This document shows positions 1-9,859 of a DNA stretch of 64,000 bases, piece by piece. The number at the start of each line of letters is the position of its first letter. The stretch's first letter is position 1. Where the stretch lies: the NCBI GenBank assembly GCA_017408585.1, contig JAFQUJ010000010.1, forward strand, positions 433-64,432, in the 5' to 3' direction. A program made the position numbers and the translations under genes. The DNA is from Clostridia bacterium (lineage in GTDB: Bacteria; Bacillota; Clostridia; Oscillospirales; CAG-272). Under the pieces are notes generated by a model. That model saw nothing but the letters and a program-made list of their open reading frames with translations. It was not told where the DNA came from and ran no database searches.

Positions 1-1188
1 CATTGTATGAGCCGCCTCAATTGTAAGCATTTGAGCATAAATGTTTGATGAATTCATTGCAGCAAGCTGAAGCGGAAGAGCACCAACAAAGGTGGGATGG
101 ATGCCCTCTCCGTCAACAAGGCAAGGCACCTCAACACAAGCATCATACGGTAGATTTGTAATAACTCCGTTATTTATAACATTACCACCAATTTTGTATG
201 GCTTGTTTGTATATATAGCCTCCATAATATGTGATGCATATTCCTTTGAACGAGTATGCTCAATTTTACCACCTGACATTAGCTCCTCATACTGCTTTTG
301 CCAGCTCTCAATTTGATTTATACAACGACGGGGATATTCATCAAGAGGAATGTTGAATTTTTCAATTAAATCATCTCTGTTTGGCTTTATGTAAAATGAG
401 TTATATTCTGCGTTATGCTCACTGGATTCCGTACAATAGTAGCCTAGCTTATCAATATAGTCATAACGCACCATATCACCGTGCTTTTCTTTTGCATTTT
501 TCTCTTTTGCACGCTTTTTAATTTCAGGATATAGGTCATTTCCGTTCTTGTCCTTAATTTCAAGAAGCCAAGCCATATGGTTAATGCCTGCTATTTTCTC
601 GTGCCTGCCCTCCAGCTTATCCTCCATTCCCAAGCCCTTAAGCAAGCCTTCAGAGCAAACCTGTACACTATGACAAAGTCCTATGGTCTTTACCTTGGTG
701 TATCTTTGCATATAGCCTGTCAGTATAGCCATTGGGTTTGTGTAGTTTAAAAACCACGCATTTGGGCAAACATCTTCAATATCCCTTGCAAAATCCTTAA
801 GCACATGGATAGTACGAAGGGCACGGAAAATGCCACCAATACCGAGAGTGTCGCCAATGGTTTGGCGAAGTCCGTACTTTTTTGGAATTTCAAAGTCTAT
901 AATTGTGCAAGGGTCATAAAGCCCTACTTGAATTGCGTTAACAACAAAATCTGCTTTTCTTAATGCATCCTTTCTTTCGTCAACACCTAAATACTTTTTG
1001 ATTGTTGCGCGACCCTCGTTTATAGAGTCATTCATTTTTGAAATGAGAAAATATGACTCATCAAGCCTTTTTTCGTCTATATCGTAAAGCGCAATTTCTA
1101 CATCGTGGAACGCATCGCAGAGCATTGTGTCACCTAAAACGTTTTTTGAAAATATGGTGCTACCCGCACCCATAAATGTTAACTTCAT
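1..1188 (-). CDS. melA: Alpha-galactosidase, glycoside hydrolase family 4 (MelA-like); C-terminal end lies beyond the window edge
   Basis: Absent from the ORF track because it runs off the edge. Reverse translation from ATG 1188-1186 gives MKLTFMGAGSTIFSKNVLGD...NAIQVGLYDPCTIIDFEIPKKYGLRQTIGDTLGIGGIFRALRTI...WFLNYTNPMAILTG...IGLCHSVQ. This is collinear with B. subtilis MelA as I recall it. RBS AAGAGGTG lies upstream. Confidence 0.85.
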   Translation of the reverse strand, partial: MKLTFMGAGSTIFSKNVLGDTMLCDAFHDVEIALYDIDEKRLDESYFLISKMNDSINEGRATIKKYLGVDERKDALRKADFVVNAIQVGLYDPCTIIDFEIPKKYGLRQTIGDTLGIGGIFRALRTIHVLKDFARDIEDVCPNAWFLNYTNPMAILTGYMQRYTKVKTIGLCHSVQVCSEGLLKGLGMEDKLEGRHEKIAGINHMAWLLEIKDKNGNDLYPEIKKRAKEKNAKEKHGDMVRYDYIDKLGYYCTESSEHNAEYNSFYIKPNRDDLIEKFNIPLDEYPRRCINQIESWQKQYEELMSGGKIEHTRSKEYASHIMEAIYTNKPYKIGGNVINNGVITNLPYDACVEVPCLVDGEGIHPTFVGALPLQLAAMNSSNIYAQMLTIEAAHTM

Positions 1189-1343
1189 ATTAAAGCACCT
1201 CTTTTTATTAGATTTTCTGCTCTCTAAATTTTAAATCAAATTTTTTATGATATCATAGAATAACATAAAATTCAATCTCCTTCATCCGTATCATCAGCGC
1301 GAATAGAGCAAAGTAGACCGTTGTTATCGGTATCCTCGTTGTG

Positions 1344-3533
1344 TTAAATGATTTGCTTGATATAATATAGCTTAGACGTATAATCTCCATTATCTGTCCA
1401 AATTGGTAAGCCAAGGGACATTAATGCTTCTCCAAGATATTTTCCTTCGCCGTTAATGCTATAATAAGCGTTATGCTTGAGTCCTTTCAAACGAACCACT
1501 TCGTCTGCTGCTTTTGCTCGGTTTTGCTTTTTTACAACAGCTAAAAGTGCCTCTGACTCCTTTACAACCATCCAAGAGCAATAAAGGCTATTTGCGTTGT
1601 ACGGAGAAATTAAACGGTAATAATCGCCATACTGAATGAGCTCGTAAAATCTTTTGAATTCTTTGATTTGGCGTCTGATTTCTTCTTTTTCGACGCTTGA
1701 CATTTTGTTTATATCAAGCTCTAAGCCGTATGTGCCAAAATATGCAACTAAACCTCTTGTTTCAAGAGGTGTAATTCTTCCCGTTATATGATTTGGCGAT
1801 GCGCTAACGTGGGCTCCCATTGTGGAAACAGGATAGATAAACGATGTTCCACCTTGTATTCTTAATCTGTCTATGGGGTCGGTATTATCGCTTACCCAAG
1901 CTTGCGGCATATAGTAATGCATACCTAAATCAAATCTTCCGCCTCCGCTTGAACAGCTCTCAAATAAAATGTTTGGATATTTTGATGTTATTCTATCAAG
2001 AAGCTCGTAAAGACCTAAAATGTATCTGTGAAAAATCTCACCTTGCTTGTCCTTAGGAAGCTCACAGCTGTATAAATCGGTAATGCTTCTGTTAAAATCC
2101 CATTTTATATATGAAATATTTGCATTGTCAAGAATATTGCAAAGCTGCATAAAGATATTATCTCTTACTTCTTTGCGTGACATATCAAGAACAAGCTGTT
2201 GGCGGTATAGAGTGGGCTTTCTTCCGGGCATTTTAAAGGCATAATCAGGGTGAGCTCTGTACAAATCGCTGTCCTCGGAAATACACTCCGGCTCAAACCA
2301 AATGCCAAATTTCATTCCTGTTTCATTTATTCTTTCGGCAAGCTCTGAAAGAGAGCATCCAAGCTTGTTTTCATTTGCATACCAATCGCCAAGACTTGTA
2401 TGGTCATCATTTCTTTTTCCAAACCATCCGTCATCCAGTACAAGCATTTCAACTCCAAGCTCGGAGGCATCTTTTGCCATGGAAACAAGCTTGTCGGCGT
2501 TGAAATCAAAGTAAGTTCCTTCCCAGTTGTTGATAAGAACAGGGCGGCGCGCTGTTTTATACTGTCCGCGACAAAGATTGTTTCTTATGGCTTTGTGGAA
2601 GTTGTGAGATATTTTTGAAAATCCACAGGAGCTAAAAGTCATAGCAACCTCGGGGGTACAGAATATATCGTTAGGGGAAAGCTCAAAGCTAAAATTTTCC
2701 GGATTGATACCTATAACGATTCTTGAATTATTGTTATAGTTTTTTGAAGCGGATATAAGGAAGGAACCGCTATAAACAAAGGCGAAGCCGTAAGCGTTTC
2801 CGTATTCTTCATTTGCTTCTCGTTCACAAAGAATACAGGACGGATTTGTAATGTGTCCGGAGGCACCACGAGTGCTGAAGCCTTGAACACTACCGTGCTC
2901 GACAGGAACTCTTTGCACATCACGCTCTGATGCCCATCTGCCGTAAAATGTAATCAAGTCAAATTCGCTGTAATTAAAATCAAGTGTTAAAGAGAGTGCT
3001 TTTTCAAGAGTTACTGGCTTATCTGTTTTGTTTTCAATACGCATGCTTCGTAAAATAACATCTGTTTCCTCAAAAACACCGTAATACAGGTGGACAAATA
3101 TATCGTACACTCTGTCCTTTAACGTAACTATAAGCGTTTCTCCTTCATCACCGTAAAAAGCGGGAAGCGAGGGAATGTTATATTTTCCTTTTTCTGTCCT
3201 TACACTGTGGAAGATAGGCTGAAGCCCCAGAGAGCCGTCACTGTGTCTTAGATTCAACGCAGTGTCACGGTAGTCGCCACAACCAAAGCAAGAAAGCTCT
3301 TGAGGTAAAACCTCAACAAGGCTGTACTGTCCGTCTCCCTTGATTGCTTCGTATTTTGGAATATCTTCAACCATATCTCTTTTTATGGAATAGGACATAT
3401 CCATTTCGCCGCCAAGCTTTTTTCCATAGTATGTATGCAAAAGAACTCCTGCACAGTTAACCTTCATCTGATATGTTGAATTTTTTGTGCTTACAGTAAA
3501 TGTTTTGTTCTGTTCGTTTATTACAATAGCCAT
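1344..3533 (-). CDS. Alpha-galactosidase, glycoside hydrolase family 36
   Basis: 729 aa from the internal ATG at 3533 (MAIVINEQNKTF...). Has the typical GH36 N-terminal beta-domain start and the catalytic-region motifs KWDFNR and CSSGGGRFD. The ORF-track start at 3566 has no RBS. Confidence 0.85.
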   Translation of the reverse strand: MAIVINEQNKTFTVSTKNSTYQMKVNCAGVLLHTYYGKKLGGEMDMSYSIKRDMVEDIPKYEAIKGDGQYSLVEVLPQELSCFGCGDYRDTALNLRHSDGSLGLQPIFHSVRTEKGKYNIPSLPAFYGDEGETLIVTLKDRVYDIFVHLYYGVFEETDVILRSMRIENKTDKPVTLEKALSLTLDFNYSEFDLITFYGRWASERDVQRVPVEHGSVQGFSTRGASGHITNPSCILCEREANEEYGNAYGFAFVYSGSFLISASKNYNNNSRIVIGINPENFSFELSPNDIFCTPEVAMTFSSCGFSKISHNFHKAIRNNLCRGQYKTARRPVLINNWEGTYFDFNADKLVSMAKDASELGVEMLVLDDGWFGKRNDDHTSLGDWYANENKLGCSLSELAERINETGMKFGIWFEPECISEDSDLYRAHPDYAFKMPGRKPTLYRQQLVLDMSRKEVRDNIFMQLCNILDNANISYIKWDFNRSITDLYSCELPKDKQGEIFHRYILGLYELLDRITSKYPNILFESCSSGGGRFDLGMHYYMPQAWVSDNTDPIDRLRIQGGTSFIYPVSTMGAHVSASPNHITGRITPLETRGLVAYFGTYGLELDINKMSSVEKEEIRRQIKEFKRFYELIQYGDYYRLISPYNANSLYCSWMVVKESEALLAVVKKQNRAKAADEVVRLKGLKHNAYYSINGEGKYLGEALMSLGLPIWTDNGDYTSKLYYIKQII

Positions 3534-3562
3534 ATTTATGTACCCCTCTGTAAGTTGGTATA

Positions 3563-3613
3563 TCAAATCAACGCGTTTTCCTTGCTACCTGCACCCATAA
3601 ATGTTATCTTCAT
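3563..3613 (-). pseudogene. Relic 5' end of a second GH4 alpha-galactosidase gene (16 codons then stop)
   Basis: The reverse strand reads AAAGGAGATTTATT-ATG AAG ATA ACA TTT ATG GGT GCA GGT AGC..., giving MKITFMGAGSKENALI*. The first 10 residues and most nucleotides match the melA start at 1188 (MKLTFMGAGS). Confidence 0.5.
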
Positions 3614-3931
3614 AATAAATCTCCTTTCATTATATGCAAATCTCCTTTAATTGCACTTGAAGCTACTATCGAAGTTGCATATAATAATTATACTACAAAG
3701 ACTATCGAATTTCAATATTTTCAGCAAAAAAGCAAAATTTCAAAACGGTAGCATTAGAGCTATGCCTGAAAATGCAAAGTCACCGGCTTGGCGAATGCCT
3801 TTATTCGTTTGTTTCCTTTTTGTAAAGAGGGATTGTTTAGGCAACGGAGAAATTTATTTTCATAAAAATATGGAAAATTTATATAAGCTATGGTATAATT
3901 CCATTAAAGGCTACCGAAAGGAAAAATCATC

Positions 3932-6211
3932 ATGAAAAACCCACTAATCACTATGTCTGCCTTGGTTGGCAACCCGAGCGACAAGGATATATTTAATTAT
4001 TTGAACGGACTTAAGCAAAACGGAATTGACGAGGTAATGATTTACCCTCGCTCGGGCTGTTTAATTGAATATTTGAGCGAGGAGTGGTTTTTTGCCATCC
4101 AAAACTTTATAAAGAGTGCAGAGGCACTTGAGATGTCCCTTTGGCTTTACGATGATTTTAACTGGCCATCGGGAGATGCGTGTGGAAGGGTTACCAAAAA
4201 CGAGAGCTTTCGTTTAAAATCAATAAAAATAGAGGGCGATGATATTGGAAAAATAAGCAGTAAATCAAAGCACAATTCCGATATTTTTGGCGAAAAGTTT
4301 TTTCCGGATTTAATGAACCCCAAAGCAGTTGACTACTTTATTTCTCTAACTCACGAGGAATATTATAAGCGTTTCGGTAATTATTTTGGCACTGTAATAA
4401 AAGGTATTTTTACCGATGAGCCATCAATTGGCTATTGCTCACAGAACGGATATTTGCCATATTATGACGGAATGGAAGATGACTATAAGGCATCATACGA
4501 TAAGGATTTTTTCCATGATTTACTCTCGCATAGTGAGGATTTTTGTAAAAACGCAATGAAGCTCGCCTCTGCCAAATTTAAGGAAGCTTATATAGATAAG
4601 CTTTCAAGCTGGTGTAAATCGCACGGCATTTTAATGACAGGGCATTTGATGTGCGACAATGAGCCCTTTTATTCTGTCAAATATAACGGCGATTTTTTAA
4701 AAAATCTTTCCGCATTTCACTTGCCCGGTATTGATGAAATTGCCACTTGCCTTGAGGATAGATCATTAATGGCTCTTTTGGGTGGAATAGAATACGCAGG
4801 GAAGGGGAAGGGTGCAATGGCGGAGCTTTTCGCACTTGGCCCTTGCGATATGTCCTATGCAAAGAAAAGGTGTATGCTTTATCTAACTGCGTGCCATGGG
4901 GTTGACCATTATTTTTTGGCGATTTCCCATATGGATATTTCGGGGAATATGCATGTTTGTGATTACTTTAGTGATTTTGCGGTGGCTCAGCCCGATTTTA
5001 GCGGTATGCGTCTTTTATCAGAAGAGGCAAAAATAGCCTGTGAGCTTGCAAAAAAGGACTACTCCCCGGATCTATATATAAGATTTCCTACCGATAATGG
5101 CTTAAAAAATGCATCAAGGGACTTTGATTTAACCGTTCTTTTCTCACTTTTAAATGAGCTTGCATACCACGGAATACAGTGGAAATACACCTTAGATGAA
5201 ATGCCGACAGATGCGCCAATTATTGAGCTTGATGACACGCCCCAACTTATTTTAAACGGCAACGCAGTAAGCATAGGCGATGTTGTTTCGAGGTTTGATA
5301 AAAAAGCAATAACGGGCATCGACGGTGAGTGTGTTAAGGGAATATTTAGAAGGCGATTTAACGACGGCACGACGGTTATACTAAACCTATACGCACCCGA
5401 GGGAGAGTATATAATAGATGGCGAGATTGTTTATCTATACGAGCACGATGTCCTATTAAATAAAACTGATTTGCCGACAAAAAAGGAAGCAATTAACTCT
5501 TCCTTTACGGTTAATTATTGTAACCCAAATATTGTGCGACTTATGTGCTTGAATGACTCTAAAAACGCTTTTGCTTGTGCTGACTGTGAGCTTAATGTGC
5601 GCTTTGCAGTCAGAAAAGACACGGAGATAAAAATAGACGGCTCCCTCCCCGAGCTTGACACGGATTACAATCCGTTGCCAAAAGGCATTTGTGAGCATTA
5701 TAATATAACAAAAGTGCAAAGCATTAAGACGAAAAAAACCATAATTGAATGTCAAAATGACTTAAAATATATGCCAAGCGTTATGGTAGTTGGCGATTTT
5801 TCTGCCAATATCATAAATGGAGAGACTTGTGGTGTGAATCTTACTAAGCGCAAAAGAGCCTACAATGTAGGCGAAAAAATTGCTGATTTTGGCAAGGTGG
5901 AATTTTTGGCAAGAGTGAGAGTGCCACAAGGTGCTGTGGGTATTGAGCTTTTAGGGACTAAGCTATATACAGTGCTTTATCTTGAAGGCAGCCTGACGGG
6001 CGAGAAAATAACCGCACCGTATATTTTCGATATTGAAAAAGAGCTTTGGGGTGAGGAAATAGAACTAAAAATAGTGCAATTTTCAAGCATCGGTCCTATT
6101 TTTGGAGATGTTGACTATTGGGACAAAAACGCGAAGCGCTCCCAATGGCGTGGAACTCCTTCAAGTGGTGAAACATATTTTGGCTTTGATGAAATCAATT
6201 GGATATATTAA
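3932..6211 (+). CDS. Large cytoplasmic protein of unknown family, putative glycoside hydrolase (context-based)
   Basis: 759-aa uninterrupted ORF with an RBS-like GAAAGGAAAAA upstream and no signal peptide. It is divergent from the GH36 gene. Motifs such as LYDDFNWPSGD and IFTDEPS look TIM-barrel-GH-like, but I cannot name the family. Confidence 0.45.
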   Translation: MKNPLITMSALVGNPSDKDIFNYLNGLKQNGIDEVMIYPRSGCLIEYLSEEWFFAIQNFIKSAEALEMSLWLYDDFNWPSGDACGRVTKNESFRLKSIKIEGDDIGKISSKSKHNSDIFGEKFFPDLMNPKAVDYFISLTHEEYYKRFGNYFGTVIKGIFTDEPSIGYCSQNGYLPYYDGMEDDYKASYDKDFFHDLLSHSEDFCKNAMKLASAKFKEAYIDKLSSWCKSHGILMTGHLMCDNEPFYSVKYNGDFLKNLSAFHLPGIDEIATCLEDRSLMALLGGIEYAGKGKGAMAELFALGPCDMSYAKKRCMLYLTACHGVDHYFLAISHMDISGNMHVCDYFSDFAVAQPDFSGMRLLSEEAKIACELAKKDYSPDLYIRFPTDNGLKNASRDFDLTVLFSLLNELAYHGIQWKYTLDEMPTDAPIIELDDTPQLILNGNAVSIGDVVSRFDKKAITGIDGECVKGIFRRRFNDGTTVILNLYAPEGEYIIDGEIVYLYEHDVLLNKTDLPTKKEAINSSFTVNYCNPNIVRLMCLNDSKNAFACADCELNVRFAVRKDTEIKIDGSLPELDTDYNPLPKGICEHYNITKVQSIKTKKTIIECQNDLKYMPSVMVVGDFSANIINGETCGVNLTKRKRAYNVGEKIADFGKVEFLARVRVPQGAVGIELLGTKLYTVLYLEGSLTGEKITAPYIFDIEKELWGEEIELKIVQFSSIGPIFGDVDYWDKNAKRSQWRGTPSSGETYFGFDEINWIY

Positions 6212-6274
6212 GCTTATATTAAGAAAAGCATACATCTAAAAGCAAAGGAGCCTGCGCGCACAACATTTTTAATA

Positions 6275-6308
6275 CAAAAAACCACTATGTTTTCATAGTG
6301 GTTTTTTA
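6275..6308. terminator. Bidirectional rho-independent terminator
   Basis: 9-bp stem ACCACTATG / CATAGTGGT (6281-6289 / 6294-6302) with a TTTT loop, flanked by an A-run and a T-run. It sits between convergent genes. Confidence 0.7.
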
Positions 6309-6316
6309 GATGTTCT

Positions 6317-7360
6317 TTATAAATATTTTTCTACAAGTGGCTTAAGGCGTGCTTTGTCCTCGTCGGTGAGCGCAAAAGAGTATTTTTCAATATAAGCTCT
6401 GAATTTCTCCTTATTCATTTCCTTCGGCATTTCGCCAACACGGCGCTCAAAGTTCCCAAAAAGAATGTTGTCGCTCTTTTCCTGTGATAGACCAAGTCCC
6501 TTTAATGTTTTGTTGTCAAAGCTCACAACGCTTTCACCCGTACCCAAAAATGTAGTAACAACATTGAATAGCCAATCGGCATACTTGTCATCACCAAGAT
6601 AGCTACGATCAGTGCCGAAAATCAAACGATCATGATATCTATTGAAAAATTCCTTGAAAAAATCGTAATTTTTCTCAAATTCCACATACATCTCCCCACC
6701 TGGTGTCAAATCTACACATAGATTTGGATAAAGAGAGAATAGCTTTTCAAGAAGCTCTGGCGTCTTTGAGCAGAAGAAAAAGTGCGCAAGAGTAAGATGC
6801 AAGCTCGGATGCTCCTCAAGAATTTTTATCGTTTGTGCTTGAATTTCCTCATATGATGAAAATGTTCCATCTGTGTAAGTCCAACCGGCGTTGATTGCCC
6901 AGTCGGGAGCACGATCTATATCCCAAAATTCATCGGGATCATTTACATGCATCAAAAGATGAGTCCCGTCCTTTTCCATCTCAGCATAAAGCGCATTAAG
7001 TGACGGGTGATTAAGATTTTGCCCCATACGCTTGTGCTCGTTTGGCTTGCCCTCCAGCATTTTAATTCCGTCAAAGCCTATTTCCATTAGCTCTCTGTAT
7101 TGCGTTACACAATCCATTCCGTTTGGCATATTATCAAGAGGGATTTTTATAATCTCAATTCCGCCATGTGCATAGGTGTTGGGGTTTGCAAGCTTGTATA
7201 AGCCTACCATGATGTTGTTGCATACATTGGATTGATAAAAGGGAATGGCGCAAATGTTTATTGCACAAACACTCTTTCCATTGTAATTATCGAAGCAGGA
7301 AATAAAATCCGCCTCTCCCCATCTGCTTATATGTAGGTGACTGTCAACTATTTTTCTCAT
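6317..7360 (-). CDS. Amidohydrolase-family metal-dependent hydrolase (Amidohydro_2-like)
   Basis: 347 aa. N-terminal DSHLH metal-binding motif and a C-terminal FGTD motif, as in TIM-barrel amidohydrolases. RBS GAGGCG. Confidence 0.65.
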   Translation of the reverse strand: MRKIVDSHLHISRWGEADFISCFDNYNGKSVCAINICAIPFYQSNVCNNIMVGLYKLANPNTYAHGGIEIIKIPLDNMPNGMDCVTQYRELMEIGFDGIKMLEGKPNEHKRMGQNLNHPSLNALYAEMEKDGTHLLMHVNDPDEFWDIDRAPDWAINAGWTYTDGTFSSYEEIQAQTIKILEEHPSLHLTLAHFFFCSKTPELLEKLFSLYPNLCVDLTPGGEMYVEFEKNYDFFKEFFNRYHDRLIFGTDRSYLGDDKYADWLFNVVTTFLGTGESVVSFDNKTLKGLGLSQEKSDNILFGNFERRVGEMPKEMNKEKFRAYIEKYSFALTDEDKARLKPLVEKYL

Positions 7361-7539
7361 TTTTTCGCCTCAAAATTAAATAAAATTTATACCTCTATTG
7401 TATCACGCAATATCGCCATGTGTCAATCCTTTCAAGGGATTTTCCAAAGCGCTTTACATCAAGATACTTTTTTGTTGACACAAGCCTTGTATAATGGTAT
7501 AATAAAATCAAATCCAACTTGAAATTGCGGAGGCGGAAA

Positions 7540-9600
7540 ATGCATAAGCTTTACACAAAAAACATTGAACTTACAATAGATGAAGAAAATGGGGCAATCA
7601 CCTCTCTAAAACTGAAAAGCAGAGAGGTATGTGTCGATAAAACGCCAATTTTCAAGGCTAGACTGAGAAACAAAAACGGCGATTGCTTTTATATTAGCGC
7701 ACTTGACGCAAGGGTTACATCAAAATTAGATAACGCCTTGATATATCAAGGCTTTGATGGCGATTTCTCTGAGCTTGTGTTTAAGGTGACGGTGTGCACG
7801 GATAGCGATAAAATCTTATGGCAAATAGAGGCGCAAAACACCAATGCCGAATATGCAGTAGAGTGGATAGAATTTCCAAAAATATCCTTACCTCGACTAA
7901 TTGATAATAACGAAGATGGTGGAAAAATTCTTTTTCCATATAACGAGGGGATGCTCCTTACCGATGAAACGCTCCTGCCTCGGTATGAAATGGAATTTCC
8001 TATGTCGGGTGCTTACTTTATTTTTCCCAATATGGTTTGCTCTCAATTTATGGCATATCTTTTTGAGAATATAGGACTTTACATAGGTGCACATGACACC
8101 AAAAGAGCCTTTAAGGGCATAGATTTTTATCCCGAGAAAAACGGTGTTTCAATGCAAATTCGCCTATATTCTGGTGTTGACTATGGCGAAAGCTTCAAAA
8201 TGAATTACCCAATTGTGTGGCAAGCGTGCTCTGGCAATTGGAAATCACCTGCGAGCATATACAGAGAATGGTTTGAGAATAATTTGCCCGAAAGCGTCCT
8301 GCCAATTGCCCAAAATAAAACACTCCCTGCGTGGTATGAAAGCTCACCCCTAATTGTCACCTATCCCGTGCGTGGAATACACGATATGGATAAAATGGAG
8401 CCAAACGCCCTGTTCCCATATACCAACGCCTTGCCCATGCTTAATAAAATAAAATCAGACACAGGGTGTCAAATCATGGCTCTTTTAATGCATTGGGAGG
8501 GCACAGCTCCGTGGGCGCCACCATATACTTGGCCACCCTTTGGTGGAGTGGCGTTATTTAATGAATTCAAGGACGCACTTCACAAAAATGGCGACCTTAT
8601 CGGCGTTTACTGCTCAGGCTTTGCCTATACTCTTAAAAGCACCCTTGTCGAAAGCTATAACACGGAAGACGAAATTCAAAAACGAGGCGTTCTTCGTGGC
8701 GTGTGCCATTCGCCTCAAAACAAGCCGGAGTTAGGTATAACCTGCTGTCCCTATCAGCGATATGGATACGATATTTGTCCTGCATCGAAGCTCGGTCGTG
8801 AAATTTTAGACGAGGCGTATGCGCCACTCTTTGAAGCGGACATAGACTATATACAAATTCTTGACCAAAACCATGGTGGCGGACAATATATGTGCTATGC
8901 AAGAGAGCATGGCCACCCATCAATGCCGGGCGAATGGATGACAACAAATATGCAAGACCTTCTCGCCGATTGGAGTAAAAAAGCTCCCAATACAATCTTT
9001 GGTTGTGAGAGTGGCGCATCAGAGCCGTTTATTGGAAATCTCTTAATGAGCGATAATAGATTTGAGCTAAATTACCCCTTTGGTACTCCCGTGCCCGTTT
9101 ACGCCTATGTTTATCACGAATATGTAAGAAACTTTATGGGCAACCAATGTGGTTGTCCCTTTGAGTCAAGCGTCGATACCCTGCGTTATCGCCTTGCGTA
9201 TTCCTTCTCAATTGGCGATATTATGACTCTTGTACTTTCTCCTAATGGCAACCTTATGACATATTGGGGAACTCGTGATTTTGAAAATGCTCCCAATATG
9301 GAAAAAACAATGCGCTTTATAAAAAATGTAATGAAATTTTACAGTGAGGGCGCAAAGGAATATCTCTACCTTGGAAAAATGAGCAATTCTGCTGACATAA
9401 AATGCGACGAAATAAAAATGCCAATGTTCAGAGGCCGTGACCATGCGCTCTTGCCTCGACTCCTTTCGTCCTGTTGGGAGGCAGGCAACGGAAAAATCGC
9501 ATACATTGTTGTTAACCCCGAGGAAGCACCGGTCGAATTCTATATAGAAAATGAACGCTATGAAGCCCCACCTCTTGACGCAATTTTAATTATTAAATAA
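7540..9600 (+). CDS. Large cytoplasmic protein of unknown family, putative carbohydrate-active enzyme (context-based)
   Basis: 686 aa from ATG 7540, preceded by GGAGGCGGAAA (the ORF-track TTG at 7519 is less likely). No signal peptide. Motifs LMHWEGTAPWAPPYTWPPFGG, ILDQNHGGG and FGCESGASEP. Confidence 0.45.
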   Translation: MHKLYTKNIELTIDEENGAITSLKLKSREVCVDKTPIFKARLRNKNGDCFYISALDARVTSKLDNALIYQGFDGDFSELVFKVTVCTDSDKILWQIEAQNTNAEYAVEWIEFPKISLPRLIDNNEDGGKILFPYNEGMLLTDETLLPRYEMEFPMSGAYFIFPNMVCSQFMAYLFENIGLYIGAHDTKRAFKGIDFYPEKNGVSMQIRLYSGVDYGESFKMNYPIVWQACSGNWKSPASIYREWFENNLPESVLPIAQNKTLPAWYESSPLIVTYPVRGIHDMDKMEPNALFPYTNALPMLNKIKSDTGCQIMALLMHWEGTAPWAPPYTWPPFGGVALFNEFKDALHKNGDLIGVYCSGFAYTLKSTLVESYNTEDEIQKRGVLRGVCHSPQNKPELGITCCPYQRYGYDICPASKLGREILDEAYAPLFEADIDYIQILDQNHGGGQYMCYAREHGHPSMPGEWMTTNMQDLLADWSKKAPNTIFGCESGASEPFIGNLLMSDNRFELNYPFGTPVPVYAYVYHEYVRNFMGNQCGCPFESSVDTLRYRLAYSFSIGDIMTLVLSPNGNLMTYWGTRDFENAPNMEKTMRFIKNVMKFYSEGAKEYLYLGKMSNSADIKCDEIKMPMFRGRDHALLPRLLSSCWEAGNGKIAYIVVNPEEAPVEFYIENERYEAPPLDAILIIK

Positions 9601-9819
9601 AATGCTTCAAATGTATCGTAGGACGAGCTTGAGCAAAAATTTTTGTGTTTTCAAGGACATCAAGTGAAATCTCAAAAGCACATGAAAGCGCAGTTAACTC
9701 TCGCAAATGCCAAAATCACCCTTGCAAAGCTCTTTCTGTGGCGCGAAAATACGACAAAGCTCCCCAAATATATACAATATACTCTCATATGAACACTTGA
9801 ACAAATAATAAAATAAGCA

Positions 9820-9847
9820 AAAATAGCCGAAAAATCGGCTATTTTTG
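9820..9847. terminator. Bidirectional rho-independent terminator
   Basis: Stem ATAGCCGA / TCGGCTAT with an AAAA loop, an A-run on the 5' side and a T-run on the 3' side. It lies 13 nt downstream of the minus-strand DUF11 gene stop. Confidence 0.7.
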
Positions 9848-9859
9848 TGGTTTTTGTCC

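Noticed and set aside
3651-3935. A 94-aa plus-strand ORF in the divergent promoter region between the GH36 gene and the 759-aa gene.
   Set aside because: It has a non-ATG start in AT-rich intergenic DNA, no RBS, low-complexity basic composition, and it ends overlapping the RBS and start of the real downstream gene.
9601-9819. A 220-nt non-coding stretch after the 686-aa gene, with scattered short repeats (CAAAGCTC twice, CGCAAATG-like motifs) and a spurious 83-aa antisense ORF.
   Set aside because: I could not find a consistent fold, a repeat structure or any known motif. It is probably decayed sequence.
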